From: Candidatus Parcubacteria bacterium
Lineage (GTDB): Bacteria; Patescibacteriota; Patescibacteriia; UBA1558; GWA2-36-10
Length of the DNA: 64,000 nt
Direction: 5' to 3'
Assembly: GCA_018669975.1 (NCBI GenBank)
Contig: JABHSK010000005.1
Span: forward strand, 57,123-121,122
Shown here one piece after another: positions 1-12,322 of this stretch. Position 1 is the stretch's first letter. Every line of letters starts with the position of its first letter. The translations under genes and the position numbers were made by a program. The notes below the pieces were generated by a model. It was not told the origin of the DNA and ran no database searches. It worked only from the letters and a program-made list of their open reading frames with translations.

Positions 1-2520
1 GGAAGTCCAACCAGATTTATTCATGCCCTACTAAGCCATTTTTCTCGTTGTAAGGATGAAGTGGTCTATCCTGAGGAATATCTCAAGTATGCGGAAAATA
101 TTCATCTAGATACTGATCAGGCAGCTGATCGTGAAGAAATAGAACAGGAGTCATTACGTATTCGAGAGGTTGCCAGTGCCTATCATGTTTACCAACAGCT
201 GCTCCTAGATAACGACGCTTTAGATTTTGGTGATTTAATAAATTACACTCTTCGCTTATTTCAAAAACGTCCGCAGGTTCTTAAAAAATTTCGTGAGCAA
301 TTCAAATATATTTTAGTTGATGAATTTCAGGATACCAACTGGGCTCAATATGAATTGATTAAGGTGTTGGCCGAGCCAGTTAATAATTTGATGGTAGTTG
401 GTGATGATGATCAAGCTATTTATAAGTTTCGTGGTGCGGCTGTTTCTAATATTTTGAACTTTAAAAAAGATTATAAAAAATTGACAGAGATTTTTCTCAA
501 TGACAATTATCGATCTGGTCAAAAGATATTAGATACTGCCTATAAATTTATTCAACAAAATGATCCAGATAGGTTGGAGTATCAATACAAAAAACTTAAG
601 ACACCACTCAATAAAAAACTTAAGAGTCATATAGAAGATAAGGGGCAAGTTAAAGTATTTTCCTTTACTGATAAGAATGCAGAGATAGACGGAGTACTTA
701 ATCAGATAGTGGAGCTCAAGAAAAAAGATAAAGAACTCAGATGGTCTGATTTTGCTATTTTAGTACGGGCCAATGACCAGGCACAGGGTTTTGTCTCTAT
801 GATGAGGAAAACGGGTATACCGCATCAATTTTTAGCTTCTCGTGGCCTCTATGTACAAGATGTTGTCCAAGACATTATTGCCTATTTAAAATTATTAGAC
901 AATTATCATGAGTCACCGGCTTTATTTAGAATTTTATCTTTGCCAATTACTGGGGTAGACATCAAGACCATAATTAATTTGACTCATCTAGCCAATAAAA
1001 AACGTTGGAGTTTATTTTATACTCTCAAGGGTTATAAATCACATCTTGATTTGTCTTTAGCTGATCAGCGTATTATAGATAAGTTAATTGAAGGCATTGA
1101 ACAGCACACTGAACTAGCTAAACAAAAACCTGTTTCCCAGGTTGTTTATAGTTGGTTAGAGGGTAGTGGTTACCTCAAAATGTTGACCATAGAAGAAAAT
1201 CAATACAATCGAGATCAACTACATTTTCTTAATCAATTTTATAAAAAATTACGCACCTGGGAGGAAGAAGCAGTTGAGGGTGGCTCAGTACATGACTTTT
1301 TAGAAACCATTGAAATGGAATTGAGTTCTGGAGAAATGGGGGCTTTACAATTTGATGCCGAGGCTGGTCCAGATGTAGTTAAGGTTATGACGGTACATGG
1401 CTCTAAAGGTCTGGAATTTAAGTATATTTTTATTACCAATCTAGTACACCTTAGATTTCCTAGTACTCAAAGAAAAGATCCAATTGAGATGCCGGAGGAG
1501 TTTATTAAAGAAGACATGCCCACTGGTGACGCACACCTGCAGGAAGAAAGAAGATTGTTTTATGTGGCCTTGACCAGGGCTAAGCAGGCAGTATTTTTGA
1601 CCTGGGCTAAAGATTATGGTGGAGCCAGGGAGAAGAAACCATCTCGTTTTATAGAAGAAATCAACATAGCCTCTAAAGAAATTAAGTCCAAAGATGTCAA
1701 AGAGCCCGAGGATGTTAATAAGCAAATTAAGGGTGTTAAGTATGCAACGCCAAAACATTTTTCATTTTCTCAACTCAAAGCCTATGAAAGTTGTCCGCGA
1801 CAATACTTTTATACTTTTGTAGCCAAGATTCAAACCAAAGGTAATGCAATGTTTAGTTTTGGTAAAACCATTCATGATGCCTTGCATAAATTTTATCAAT
1901 TGATTATTGAACGCAATGAATCTGCTCAGGGTGATTTATTTAGTAAAGATAAGAAAGTAAAGCAGCCGACAGAAAAAGAGCTATTAGGTCTGTATGAAGA
2001 GGCCTGGATAGATGATTGGTATGAGTCAGCCGAGCAAAAAGAAAAATATCGAGCAGATGGTGTTAAAATTTTAAAAGAGTATTTTAAAAAGTTTAAAGGC
2101 AAATGGCCTATACCTTTATTTTTAGAAAAGGGCTTTACTATCAAGGTTGAAGGTCATAGTGTTCGTGGTAGATTTGATAGGGTTGATGCCGACGGTAAAG
2201 GTTGGGAGATTATTGATTACAAAACTGGTAGACCCAAAGAGAAGCTTAGTTTTGAAGATAAGAAACAATTATATATCTATCAATTGGCAGGAGAGGAAGT
2301 TTTTAAAACCACAGTTAAAGGTCTAAGTTTTTATTATATGACCAACAACACACCAATTTCTTTTATTGGCACAGAGAAAGAATTGAAAAAAACTAAAGAT
2401 TGGATAAGTGATACGGCTGATAAGGTTTTGTCTAATGACTTTACAGCCACACCAGGCTTCGTATGTAATACTTGTGATTTTAACAAGATTTGTCCTTTTG
2501 CTAAATTAAATAACAAATAA
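1..2520 (+). CDS. UvrD/PcrA-like SF1 helicase fused to a C-terminal PD-(D/E)XK nuclease (AddA/AdnB-like), 5'-truncated by the window edge
   Basis: Frame is open from base 1. Helicase motifs VDEFQDTN, VVGDDDQAIYKFRGA, NYRS, MTVHGSKGLEF and EERRLFYVALTRAK; nuclease motif GRFDRVD...IIDYKTG; Cys in CPR plus C-terminal CxxCxxxxxC (Fe-S staple). Confidence 0.9.
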   Translation, partial: GSPTRFIHALLSHFSRCKDEVVYPEEYLKYAENIHLDTDQAADREEIEQESLRIREVASAYHVYQQLLLDNDALDFGDLINYTLRLFQKRPQVLKKFREQFKYILVDEFQDTNWAQYELIKVLAEPVNNLMVVGDDDQAIYKFRGAAVSNILNFKKDYKKLTEIFLNDNYRSGQKILDTAYKFIQQNDPDRLEYQYKKLKTPLNKKLKSHIEDKGQVKVFSFTDKNAEIDGVLNQIVELKKKDKELRWSDFAILVRANDQAQGFVSMMRKTGIPHQFLASRGLYVQDVVQDIIAYLKLLDNYHESPALFRILSLPITGVDIKTIINLTHLANKKRWSLFYTLKGYKSHLDLSLADQRIIDKLIEGIEQHTELAKQKPVSQVVYSWLEGSGYLKMLTIEENQYNRDQLHFLNQFYKKLRTWEEEAVEGGSVHDFLETIEMELSSGEMGALQFDAEAGPDVVKVMTVHGSKGLEFKYIFITNLVHLRFPSTQRKDPIEMPEEFIKEDMPTGDAHLQEERRLFYVALTRAKQAVFLTWAKDYGGAREKKPSRFIEEINIASKEIKSKDVKEPEDVNKQIKGVKYATPKHFSFSQLKAYESCPRQYFYTFVAKIQTKGNAMFSFGKTIHDALHKFYQLIIERNESAQGDLFSKDKKVKQPTEKELLGLYEEAWIDDWYESAEQKEKYRADGVKILKEYFKKFKGKWPIPLFLEKGFTIKVEGHSVRGRFDRVDADGKGWEIIDYKTGRPKEKLSFEDKKQLYIYQLAGEEVFKTTVKGLSFYYMTNNTPISFIGTEKELKKTKDWISDTADKVLSNDFTATPGFVCNTCDFNKICPFAKLNNK

Positions 2521-2523
2521 TTT

Positions 2524-2793
2524 ATGTCTGATTTTGATCAAATAAAAAAAGATGTCGAGGACATTAAGCAGAGGAATAAAAACGTAGAAACAGACAAGGC
2601 TTGGGAGCGTAGTTATGTGCGGCGAGTGGTATTGATGGTTTTTACTTATTTGATTTTAAGTTTGTATATGTTAGCTATAGAGATACCTAGGCCGTGGTTG
2701 AATTCTATAATACCGACAGTAGGATTTTTGTTATCTACTTTGTCACTGCCTTGGTTTAGGCGAATGTGGGAAAAATATTTTTATAATAAATAA
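2524..2793 (+). CDS. Small membrane protein (N-terminal coiled coil, two TM helices)
   Basis: 89-aa ORF packed tightly in the operon, with two hydrophobic segments. Confidence 0.7.
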   Translation: MSDFDQIKKDVEDIKQRNKNVETDKAWERSYVRRVVLMVFTYLILSLYMLAIEIPRPWLNSIIPTVGFLLSTLSLPWFRRMWEKYFYNK

Positions 2794-2796
2794 TTT

Positions 2797-3093
2797 ATGG
2801 CCTGGGCTAGCTTTAAAGATGCAGCACATAGATCACTGGACGAAAAAGGGATATCTACCCAGGTCCAGGAGTCTTTGGTGCTTAAAGAAGCTAACTATAT
2901 TATTAATAATTTTTTTGATCAGGCTGATCAGGAGAAAGCCAGAGCCATTTATTGGAAGGATAGTATTTTAACCATTGCGGTGCTTTGTGATAATCTATTT
3001 GAGGAGATTGATAGTCAAAAAGAGCAGTTTATTAATATTCTTAATAATCGTTTTGAGGATAATATAGTAGAAGAGCTAAGATTTCTAAATTAA
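2797..3093 (+). CDS. DciA/DUF721-like protein
   Basis: 98 aa; the pattern 'LTIAV...EEI...KEQFINILN..F....VEELRF' resembles the DUF721 KH-like fold. Confidence 0.5.
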   Translation: MAWASFKDAAHRSLDEKGISTQVQESLVLKEANYIINNFFDQADQEKARAIYWKDSILTIAVLCDNLFEEIDSQKEQFINILNNRFEDNIVEELRFLN

Positions 3094-3139
3094 TCCTAGG
3101 CATTGATTTTTCCCTTTATTTTTAGTATTATTTATATTG

Positions 3140-3541
3140 ATGAATATCAAAACATACAATATATTCATGATTGTGGCCACAGCTCTAGCGTGGCTGGGTT
3201 TTTTTATAATAATCAACAGTTTTGACCCCTATGAAGCCAATGCGGTAGTTTTTATGCTTTTTTATGGAGTATTGTTTTTAGCATCCTTGGGCACCCTATC
3301 ATTATTGGGGTTTTGGTTGAGAACTTTATGGAATCGTCGTCGTGGTAGACCAAGATTGATGGTTACAGAATCTTTTAGACAATCAATTATTTTTGCTGGA
3401 GTGTTGATAATAGCCTTGTGGTTGCAAGCCAGCAGGATATTGACTTGGTGGAACATAATTATATTAGTTATTTTAGGGGCAGTTGTAGAATTCTTTATTT
3501 TAGTATTCTATCAAAGCCCAGAGAAAAAATTAGAAAAATAA
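3140..3541 (+). CDS. Hypothetical integral membrane protein (4 TM)
   Basis: Four hydrophobic helices; sigma70-like promoter upstream (TTGATT...TATTAT). Confidence 0.7.
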   Translation: MNIKTYNIFMIVATALAWLGFFIIINSFDPYEANAVVFMLFYGVLFLASLGTLSLLGFWLRTLWNRRRGRPRLMVTESFRQSIIFAGVLIIALWLQASRILTWWNIIILVILGAVVEFFILVFYQSPEKKLEK

Positions 3542-3542
3542 T

Positions 3543-4550
3543 ATGGAAAAGAAATTACAGGATCTCAAAAAGACTTTTATGTCCGAAATGGACAATGTCA
3601 AAGACAGTCAGTTTTTGGCTGATTTAAAAAAGAAATATTTGGGACGAAAAGGAGAATTAACGGGCATATTAAAAGAAGTCAAAGATATGGCTTCTGAAGA
3701 AAAGCCGAGAGTTGGAAAATTAGCCAATGAGATTAAAGAGGAGTTGACAGAGGTTTTTAATAAGACCGAAAAGATAATCAAAAATAAAGGAGACCAGGCT
3801 ATTGATTTTGATCCAACTATGCCGGGCACAAAAAGACAAACTGGTCATCTTCATCCTTCTACTATAGTTCAGCAGGAAGTAGAGGATGCTTTTGTCAGTA
3901 TGGGTTTTTCAGTTTATGATGGACCACAATTAGAATCAGATTATTATAATTTTACAGCTCTTAATATTCCTGAAGAACATCCGGCTCGTGATAGTCATGA
4001 TACTTTTTGGTTAGAACAGAACTGGCTGTTAAGAACGCATACTTCAAATTTGCAAGTTAGGATGTTAGAAAAACATGGCGCTCCTTTCAGGGGTATATTT
4101 CCGGGCAGATGTTTTCGCTATGAATCTACTGACGCTTCACACGATCATACTTTTTTTCAATTAGAAGGATTAATGATAGATAAGGGTATAAATATTGGCA
4201 ACTTGATTGCTACTATGAAATCTTTGTTGTCAGCAGTATTTAATACTGACGTAGACGTTCGTTTGCGACCAGGGTTTTTTCCTTTTGTAGAGCCTGGGTT
4301 TGAGATGGACATCAAGTGTTTGGTTTGTGAGGGCAAGGGTTGCTCTGTTTGTAAGCAATCAGGCTGGGTAGAGCTGATGCCCTGTGGCATGGTACATCCA
4401 GAAGTACTTAAAGCCGGCGGTGTTGATCCTAATGAGTATTCAGGCTTTGCCTTTGGTCTAGGTCTAACTCGTCTAGTGATGATGAAGTATCGTATTGACG
4501 ACATAAGGCTGTTAGAGTCTGGCGATCTAAGATTTTTAAAACAATTTTAA
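3543..4550 (+). CDS. pheS: Phenylalanine--tRNA ligase alpha subunit
   Basis: HPAR, LLRTHTS, FFPFVEPG and GFAFGLG motifs. Confidence 0.97.
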   Translation: MEKKLQDLKKTFMSEMDNVKDSQFLADLKKKYLGRKGELTGILKEVKDMASEEKPRVGKLANEIKEELTEVFNKTEKIIKNKGDQAIDFDPTMPGTKRQTGHLHPSTIVQQEVEDAFVSMGFSVYDGPQLESDYYNFTALNIPEEHPARDSHDTFWLEQNWLLRTHTSNLQVRMLEKHGAPFRGIFPGRCFRYESTDASHDHTFFQLEGLMIDKGINIGNLIATMKSLLSAVFNTDVDVRLRPGFFPFVEPGFEMDIKCLVCEGKGCSVCKQSGWVELMPCGMVHPEVLKAGGVDPNEYSGFAFGLGLTRLVMMKYRIDDIRLLESGDLRFLKQF

Positions 4551-4551
4551 T

Positions 4552-6981
4552 ATGTATCTATCATTAAACTGGGTAAAAAACTGGCTTAAACTCCCCAAAG
4601 ATATTAGTGCTAAACAATTGGCGCTTGATTTAACTATGTCCACAGTAGAAGTCGAAGAAGTGATTGATCAGGCAGCTATGCTGGATAAAATAGTGGTTGG
4701 TAAAATTAAAGAAATCACCAAACATCCCAATGCAGATAGGCTGCAGGTTTGTCAGGTTGATATTGGTGAGACTACCAGCAAGATAGTTTGCGGTGGCAGC
4801 AATTTAACCAAGGGCATGTTGGTCGCTGTAGCGCAGATAGGTTCTCAAGTTCGTTGGCATGGTGAAGGGGAGTTAGTTACCTTGGCCAAAGCTAAAATTA
4901 GAGGTGTAGAAAGCAACGGTATGATAGCAGCCTCTACTGAAATTGGTTTAGGAGATTTATTTCCAGTTAAAGATGAAAATGAAATATTAGATTTATCTGC
5001 TCATAAAGTTAAATCAGGCCAGCCTCTAAGTGAGGCTTTGGGATTGAATGACATTATTATTGATATAGATAATAAATCTATTAATCATAGGCCTGATTTG
5101 TGGGGTCAGTACGGCCTAGCTAGAGAATTAGCAGCTATTTATAAGATAAAGCTCAAAGAGTACGCAGTAGCTGATTTGACGCCACAGAGTAAGGGTAAAT
5201 TAAAAGTGACTGTTACTGACAAGAAAAACTGTTTTAGATATTTAGGCCTAGCTATCAGTGGTGTGAAGGTAATCGAATCACCTCTATGGCTCAAGAGCCA
5301 ACTGCAGGCAGTTGGTATCCGTCCGATTAATAACATTGTTGATGTAACCAATTATATTTTGTATGAGTTGGGGCAACCTCTGCATGCTTTTGATAATCGT
5401 CAAATAGCCAATAATAATATTGAGATTAAGCAAGCCCAAAAAGGTGAGTCATTCGTTACTTTAGACGGAGAAAAAAGAAAACTACCTGAAGGAGCGCTGA
5501 TGATAGCTGATAGTGAAAAATATGTGGCTCTAGCCGGTATTATGGGCGGTCAGAATAGTGAAATTAGTCAGGATACTACAGATATTATTATTGAGGCTGC
5601 TAATTTTAGAGATATAAGCATTAGACATACTTCTGTGGTCTTAGGTCTTAGGAGTGAGAGTTCTGCTCGTTTTGAAAAGTCGCTTGATCCAGTTATAGCT
5701 GAGACAGCCATTAAAAAAGCTGCCCAAATGATTTTGGAGTTATGCCCGGATGCAGTTGTTGCTAGTCAACTAGTCGATGTTAATAATAATCCATTTAAGG
5801 AAGTAAGTTTGCAGGTACCTGAAGCACTTATTAATAATCGTTTTGGTGTAGTTATACCGACAGCTGATATAAAAGATATACTTAAGCGATTACAATTTGA
5901 AGTAAGTTATAAAGCAAAGACATTTAATATTAAGGTGCCATCTTTCAGGGCTACTAAAGATATTTCTATCCCAGAGGATATAGTGGAGGAGGTGGCTAGA
6001 ATTTATGGTTATGACAATATCCAAGCACAGTTGCCAATAGTAACTCTGCAAGAACCACGTGCTAATATAGCGTACCAAGCTGGTCGTGATATTAAACGAT
6101 GGTTAGCTCTGTCTCAGTTATATAATGAAGTCTACACCTACCCTTTTACAGATCAGGGCTGGGTTAAAAAAATGAACTTGGATATAATTCAACATATTAA
6201 ATTAAAAAATGCTGTTAGCCCAGAACAAGGTTATCTTAATCTATCATTGCTGCCGAATCTTTTGAAAAGAGCAGAAGAAAATATGCGTTGGTATGAGGAA
6301 TTTAGAATTTTCGAATTAGAAAGAGTATTTGATAAAAGTAGTAAGGGTGTTTATCATACCGAAAAGAGTAAAAACAAATTTTTACCCAAACAAGACAAGG
6401 TGTTAGCTGGCGTAGAAGTCAGCAAACAGACTCAGGAGCAATTGTTTTTATCTATTAAGGGCCTAATTAGCTCCATGATGAGCTATTGGGGCATAGATTG
6501 GAATACAGAGAGGATTAATTTATCTTATGCCAAGGCTGCCTACCAGATTAAATATCAAGAAAATGTTTTAGGATATTTTGGTATTTTAGATTCTGGATTA
6601 TTTGATAGTGGTGGAGCTAAAGTAAATGTTGGTTTTTGGCAGGAAGATTTTACTTTGTTAATTAAATACATTGGTCAGGCACCAAAGTTTAGACAATTGC
6701 CTAAGTATCCTAGTATCAATAGAGATTTAGCTGTTATTGTAGACAAGGATCTGAATTGGCAGGAAATAGAGAACGAGGTACTAAAAGTATCACCTTTGAT
6801 GCAACACATTGAACCGTTTGATATCTTTGTAGGACAGAGCATAGGCGATGACAAAAAGTCCATTGCTTTTCACCTAGAGTTCAGGAGCGATGATAGGACA
6901 TTATTAGCAGAAGATATAGATAAAGTAATGGAGAATATTGTGGAAATACTACAGAAAAAATTTCAGGCTGTTCGTCGATAG
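4552..6981 (+). CDS. pheT: Phenylalanine--tRNA ligase beta subunit
   Basis: HPNADRL, IRGVESNGM, NNIVDVTNY, GQPLHAFD, EDIVEEVARIYGYDNI and a C-terminal FDX-ACB domain. Confidence 0.97.
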   Translation: MYLSLNWVKNWLKLPKDISAKQLALDLTMSTVEVEEVIDQAAMLDKIVVGKIKEITKHPNADRLQVCQVDIGETTSKIVCGGSNLTKGMLVAVAQIGSQVRWHGEGELVTLAKAKIRGVESNGMIAASTEIGLGDLFPVKDENEILDLSAHKVKSGQPLSEALGLNDIIIDIDNKSINHRPDLWGQYGLARELAAIYKIKLKEYAVADLTPQSKGKLKVTVTDKKNCFRYLGLAISGVKVIESPLWLKSQLQAVGIRPINNIVDVTNYILYELGQPLHAFDNRQIANNNIEIKQAQKGESFVTLDGEKRKLPEGALMIADSEKYVALAGIMGGQNSEISQDTTDIIIEAANFRDISIRHTSVVLGLRSESSARFEKSLDPVIAETAIKKAAQMILELCPDAVVASQLVDVNNNPFKEVSLQVPEALINNRFGVVIPTADIKDILKRLQFEVSYKAKTFNIKVPSFRATKDISIPEDIVEEVARIYGYDNIQAQLPIVTLQEPRANIAYQAGRDIKRWLALSQLYNEVYTYPFTDQGWVKKMNLDIIQHIKLKNAVSPEQGYLNLSLLPNLLKRAEENMRWYEEFRIFELERVFDKSSKGVYHTEKSKNKFLPKQDKVLAGVEVSKQTQEQLFLSIKGLISSMMSYWGIDWNTERINLSYAKAAYQIKYQENVLGYFGILDSGLFDSGGAKVNVGFWQEDFTLLIKYIGQAPKFRQLPKYPSINRDLAVIVDKDLNWQEIENEVLKVSPLMQHIEPFDIFVGQSIGDDKKSIAFHLEFRSDDRTLLAEDIDKVMENIVEILQKKFQAVRR

Positions 6982-7104
6982 CCTTAAAAAAGATATTTGG
7001 GCTAATATTAGTTAAAAAATATACATAAAAAACAACCAATCTTGGTTGTTTTTTTGCTGATTTTATGCTAAAATAAAGACATAATTTCGCATAAAAAATA
7101 CTAA

Positions 7105-9156
<2,052 letters not shown>

Positions 9157-9160
9157 GATT

Positions 9161-10891
9161 ATGATTTCAGATATCAGTCAACCAACTTTAAATATTCTAG
9201 CCTGGTCAAAGGTTATATTCTTTCTGTATACATTTTTGACAATATTTTTTATGTATAAAAAAAGACAACCATGGATTTTTATGTTACTGACCACGGTTGT
9301 TTTTGTTTCTTTCTATTTAGTTTTTTCTTGGCCACTACAGACACTATGGTGGGGCAATGTTGGTGATGAAATGTTTGTGCTTGGGTTCCTAGGAAAAGTT
9401 TTATTAGGAGACCCTTGGCATGATTTTTATTATGGGTGGTTGCCACAGTTTTATCCACCTCTTTATTTTTGGGTAACTGGATTATTGTCTAAGCCATTTG
9501 CTAGTAATGCTATTGTAGCGGCTAAAGCAGGTATCACAGGAGTATTAATTCTTTGGTTCCTAGGTTCTTATTTATGGCAAAAGTATTTTTGGAACAAAGT
9601 GAATCAGAACAAGCAGGACAAAGCACTCGAGTCATCAGCCTGGTTTTGGTGGTTGATGCCAGTTCTTTATTTTGTAATGCTAGATTTTGATACTATCATG
9701 CTCAAGCCCTATGAGTGTTTACCAGCCTTATTTGGTGTAATTTTGATAGGATTGATAGCCAAAAGTTTCAATGATCAAAAGTGGTTCTTAAAACATTATC
9801 TATTTATTGGCATTAGCGGTGGTTTATTGTTTTTGATTTATTATTTCTGGTGGATAATGTTGGTGCCAACTATATTTATCATGGCTTTACTTAGTCGAGA
9901 CAAATGGCTTAATATAAAAAGAACAATCTGGTTTGGATTAATTATTTTTTTGGTAGCATCAGTATTTATAGTACCTTTATTTATATCTTATTTTAAATAC
10001 GGTTTAGAGAATGGTCAGGCAGTGCATTTTATTCCAGAAGATTTTTTTACTTTTGTGCCTTGGCGACATTTATCGCTGCAATCTATTATGTATCTATTGG
10101 GGTTGAGTGGATTAATATTTTTTGTTAAAAAAAGTTTTGTGCAATCAAGTTTAGTCGTCCTGTTAGTAGCCTTTGCTTACCAATTATTCAACTACGTCTA
10201 TCTTTTGTTGGGCAACAGACCAATGCAATCATCAAAGGCTTTTTGGTTTTTAGGTACAGCCGCAGCGGCGATTGGATTAACTTATTTATTGATCTATCTT
10301 TATCAAAAATATATTTCTCAGTGGCAACCCAAGTTTAGATTGGGTGTTATTGTGTTAGGGTTTGTATTACTTGTTTCTAGAATGCCTTTTGTTTATTTTG
10401 TGGATGATCCAGTAGTTCTAATGCAAATAGAAAAAGATTTGCAGGTTCCACAGGGTACGGTACAGATAGCAGAAGCCATTAAGACTAATGTGCCTGATTA
10501 TGCAGATAGAACCTGGTTATCAAGTGGTTCTATGGAGTTAGGCGCATACTTACCCTTGTCTTATTATATTGCACATAGTATTCATTTTAGCCACCATGCA
10601 TCAAATTATTCTCAAAGGATGTTGGAAGTGGAGAGTTTGAGTGCTGCTAGTAGTCCAGAAGAATTTATGGCTATTATTGAGCAGGGACAGCCTAGGCAAA
10701 TAGATGCTATGTTGTTGTATCATAATTCTGAGCTTGATCAAGCTGGTGATTATCCGCTGTGGTTTTGGCATGATAATTTTCCTAATGGCGGTAAAGATGC
10801 AGAGATTCGTATATCGCAGGACTTGATTTCGGAGCAAGATTGGCAAGTAGTTTATGATATGAACAATTGGACTGTATTTGTTAGAAAATAA
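9161..10891 (+). CDS. GT-C membrane glycosyltransferase, arabinofuranosyltransferase AftA-like
   Basis: About 12-13 TM helices; GDEMF...DFYYGWLPQFYPPLYFWVTG resembles the AftA N-domain signature; the C-terminal soluble domain has HFSHHASNYSQR...SPEEF. Confidence 0.7.
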   Translation: MISDISQPTLNILAWSKVIFFLYTFLTIFFMYKKRQPWIFMLLTTVVFVSFYLVFSWPLQTLWWGNVGDEMFVLGFLGKVLLGDPWHDFYYGWLPQFYPPLYFWVTGLLSKPFASNAIVAAKAGITGVLILWFLGSYLWQKYFWNKVNQNKQDKALESSAWFWWLMPVLYFVMLDFDTIMLKPYECLPALFGVILIGLIAKSFNDQKWFLKHYLFIGISGGLLFLIYYFWWIMLVPTIFIMALLSRDKWLNIKRTIWFGLIIFLVASVFIVPLFISYFKYGLENGQAVHFIPEDFFTFVPWRHLSLQSIMYLLGLSGLIFFVKKSFVQSSLVVLLVAFAYQLFNYVYLLLGNRPMQSSKAFWFLGTAAAAIGLTYLLIYLYQKYISQWQPKFRLGVIVLGFVLLVSRMPFVYFVDDPVVLMQIEKDLQVPQGTVQIAEAIKTNVPDYADRTWLSSGSMELGAYLPLSYYIAHSIHFSHHASNYSQRMLEVESLSAASSPEEFMAIIEQGQPRQIDAMLLYHNSELDQAGDYPLWFWHDNFPNGGKDAEIRISQDLISEQDWQVVYDMNNWTVFVRK

Positions 10892-10903
10892 GCAGTTTTG
10901 TAT

Positions 10904-10931
10904 AAAAATCCCTAATTTTTAGGGCTTTTTT
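10904..10931 (+). terminator. Intrinsic terminator
   Basis: CCCTAA-tt-TTTAGGG hairpin followed by a T-run. Confidence 0.55.
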
Positions 10932-11021
10932 GATAGACTTGCCAAAACTATTTTTTTATGATATAGTAATGTCGTTACAAACAGCGCTACGGGGCTGTTT
11001 TAAAGAACTTATATTTTGACT

Positions 11022-11204
11022 ATGAACAAATTAATTGCATATCTAAAAGGTTCCAGAGAAGAGCTGGGCAAGGTAGATTGGCCAAATAGAGAAACTACTA
11101 TCAACCATACTGTTATGGTAATTGGTGTATCTGTGTTAGTAGCTGTTTTTCTAGGCGGTATTGATTTTTTGCTTAGTAAAGCTTTGAAAATTGTAGTTGG
11201 ATAA
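11022..11204 (+). CDS. secE: Preprotein translocase subunit SecE
   Basis: EL.KV.WP motif plus one TM helix, directly upstream of nusG. Confidence 0.92.
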   Translation: MNKLIAYLKGSREELGKVDWPNRETTINHTVMVIGVSVLVAVFLGGIDFLLSKALKIVVG

Positions 11205-11224
11205 ATTATTTAATTTAAAAATAT

Positions 11225-11770
11225 ATGCCAAAACAAAATCCACAAAAAGGTAGGAGATGGTATGTTCTACATACCTATTCTGGTTACGAAGAAAATGTAT
11301 CTAGAAACTTGAAACAGAGGATTGAATCTATGGATATGGAAGATAAAATCTTTGATGTTTTGATTCCTACAGAAACCAAGATTAAGATTAAGAATGGAAA
11401 ACGTAGAACAGTTCAGGAAAAAATATTTCCTGGTTATGTTTTGGTAAATATGATAGTAACTGACGCTTCATGGTATGTAGTAAGAAACACTCCTAACGTT
11501 ACAGGTTTTGTTGGTTCAGGCACCACTCCAACTCCAGTTTCAGAGGAAGAGATTAAGTCACTGATGGCTAAGATGGGTCAGGAAGAGCCAGAGTTCAAAG
11601 TGGATATTGCTATTGGTGAGGTGGTTAAGATTACCGACGGACCATTTAAGGATTATGAAGGTAAAGTTTCAGAAATTGACGAGGCTCGTGGTAAAGCTAA
11701 GGTGCTAGTGTCCATGTTTGGTCGTGAAACACCAGTCGAATTAGATTTTCTACAAATTAAAAAAATATAA
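11225..11770 (+). CDS. nusG: Transcription elongation factor NusG
   Basis: WYVLHTYSGYE, FPGYVLV, VRNTPNVTGFVG and the KOW motif ending MFGRETPVEL. Confidence 0.97.
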   Translation: MPKQNPQKGRRWYVLHTYSGYEENVSRNLKQRIESMDMEDKIFDVLIPTETKIKIKNGKRRTVQEKIFPGYVLVNMIVTDASWYVVRNTPNVTGFVGSGTTPTPVSEEEIKSLMAKMGQEEPEFKVDIAIGEVVKITDGPFKDYEGKVSEIDEARGKAKVLVSMFGRETPVELDFLQIKKI

Positions 11771-11782
11771 TTAAGATAATCA

Positions 11783-11833
11783 GAGGGAGCCAGTTTGTCG
11801 AATTGGCGTTTGTACCTCACAAATAATATAAAT
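11783..11833 (+). promoter_or_regulatory. Putative uL1-binding mRNA leader upstream of rplK
   Basis: GAGGGAGC-hairpin-GCGTTTGTACCTC resembles the GGGAG...ACC L1 site; a near-copy precedes rplA. Confidence 0.6.
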
Positions 11834-12262
11834 ATGGCTAAACAATTAAAGCAATTAGTAAAATTGCAAATCCAGGCTGGTAAAGCCACACCGGCTCCTC
11901 CAGTAGGTACTGCTTTAGGGCCACACGGTCTAAACATTCAGGAGTTTTGTACCAAATTTAATGACGCTACCAAGGACAGAATGGGTGAAGTTGTGCCTGT
12001 AGATTTAAGTATCTATGAGGACAGAACTTTTGATTTTGTACTTAAGACTGCGCCAGCATCTGATATGATCAAGAAAAAAATCAATCTCAAGAAAGGTTCA
12101 GGCAGACCTTTGCAGGAAAAAGTAGGCAAATTAACTCAAGCTCAGTTGACTGAGATTGCAGAAGCTAAAATGCCAGACTTGAATGCTAATGATATTGAAG
12201 CAGCTAAAAAGATTATCGCTGGTACTGCTAAGCAAATGGGTGTGCAAATTGAAGAAAATTAA
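11834..12262 (+). CDS. rplK: 50S ribosomal protein uL11
   Basis: [20 protein letters not shown] and [13 protein letters not shown]; start moved to the ATG at 11834. Confidence 0.97.
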   Translation: MAKQLKQLVKLQIQAGKATPAPPVGTALGPHGLNIQEFCTKFNDATKDRMGEVVPVDLSIYEDRTFDFVLKTAPASDMIKKKINLKKGSGRPLQEKVGKLTQAQLTEIAEAKMPDLNANDIEAAKKIIAGTAKQMGVQIEEN

Positions 12263-12270
12263 TTTTTATT

Positions 12271-12322
12271 GAGGGAGCTCGGACTGTCATTTGAGCGTTT
12301 GCACCTCACAAATAATATAAAT
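12271..12322 (+). promoter_or_regulatory. Putative uL1-binding mRNA leader upstream of rplA
   Basis: GAGGGAGC-hairpin-GCGTTTGCACCTCACAAATAATATAAAT, a paralogue of the element before rplK. Confidence 0.6.

Noticed and set aside
11795-12322. N-terminal extensions of uL11 and uL1 given by the ORF track (starts 11795 and 12269)
   Set aside because: They are translations of the duplicated RNA leader; the true starts are ATG 11834 and 12323.
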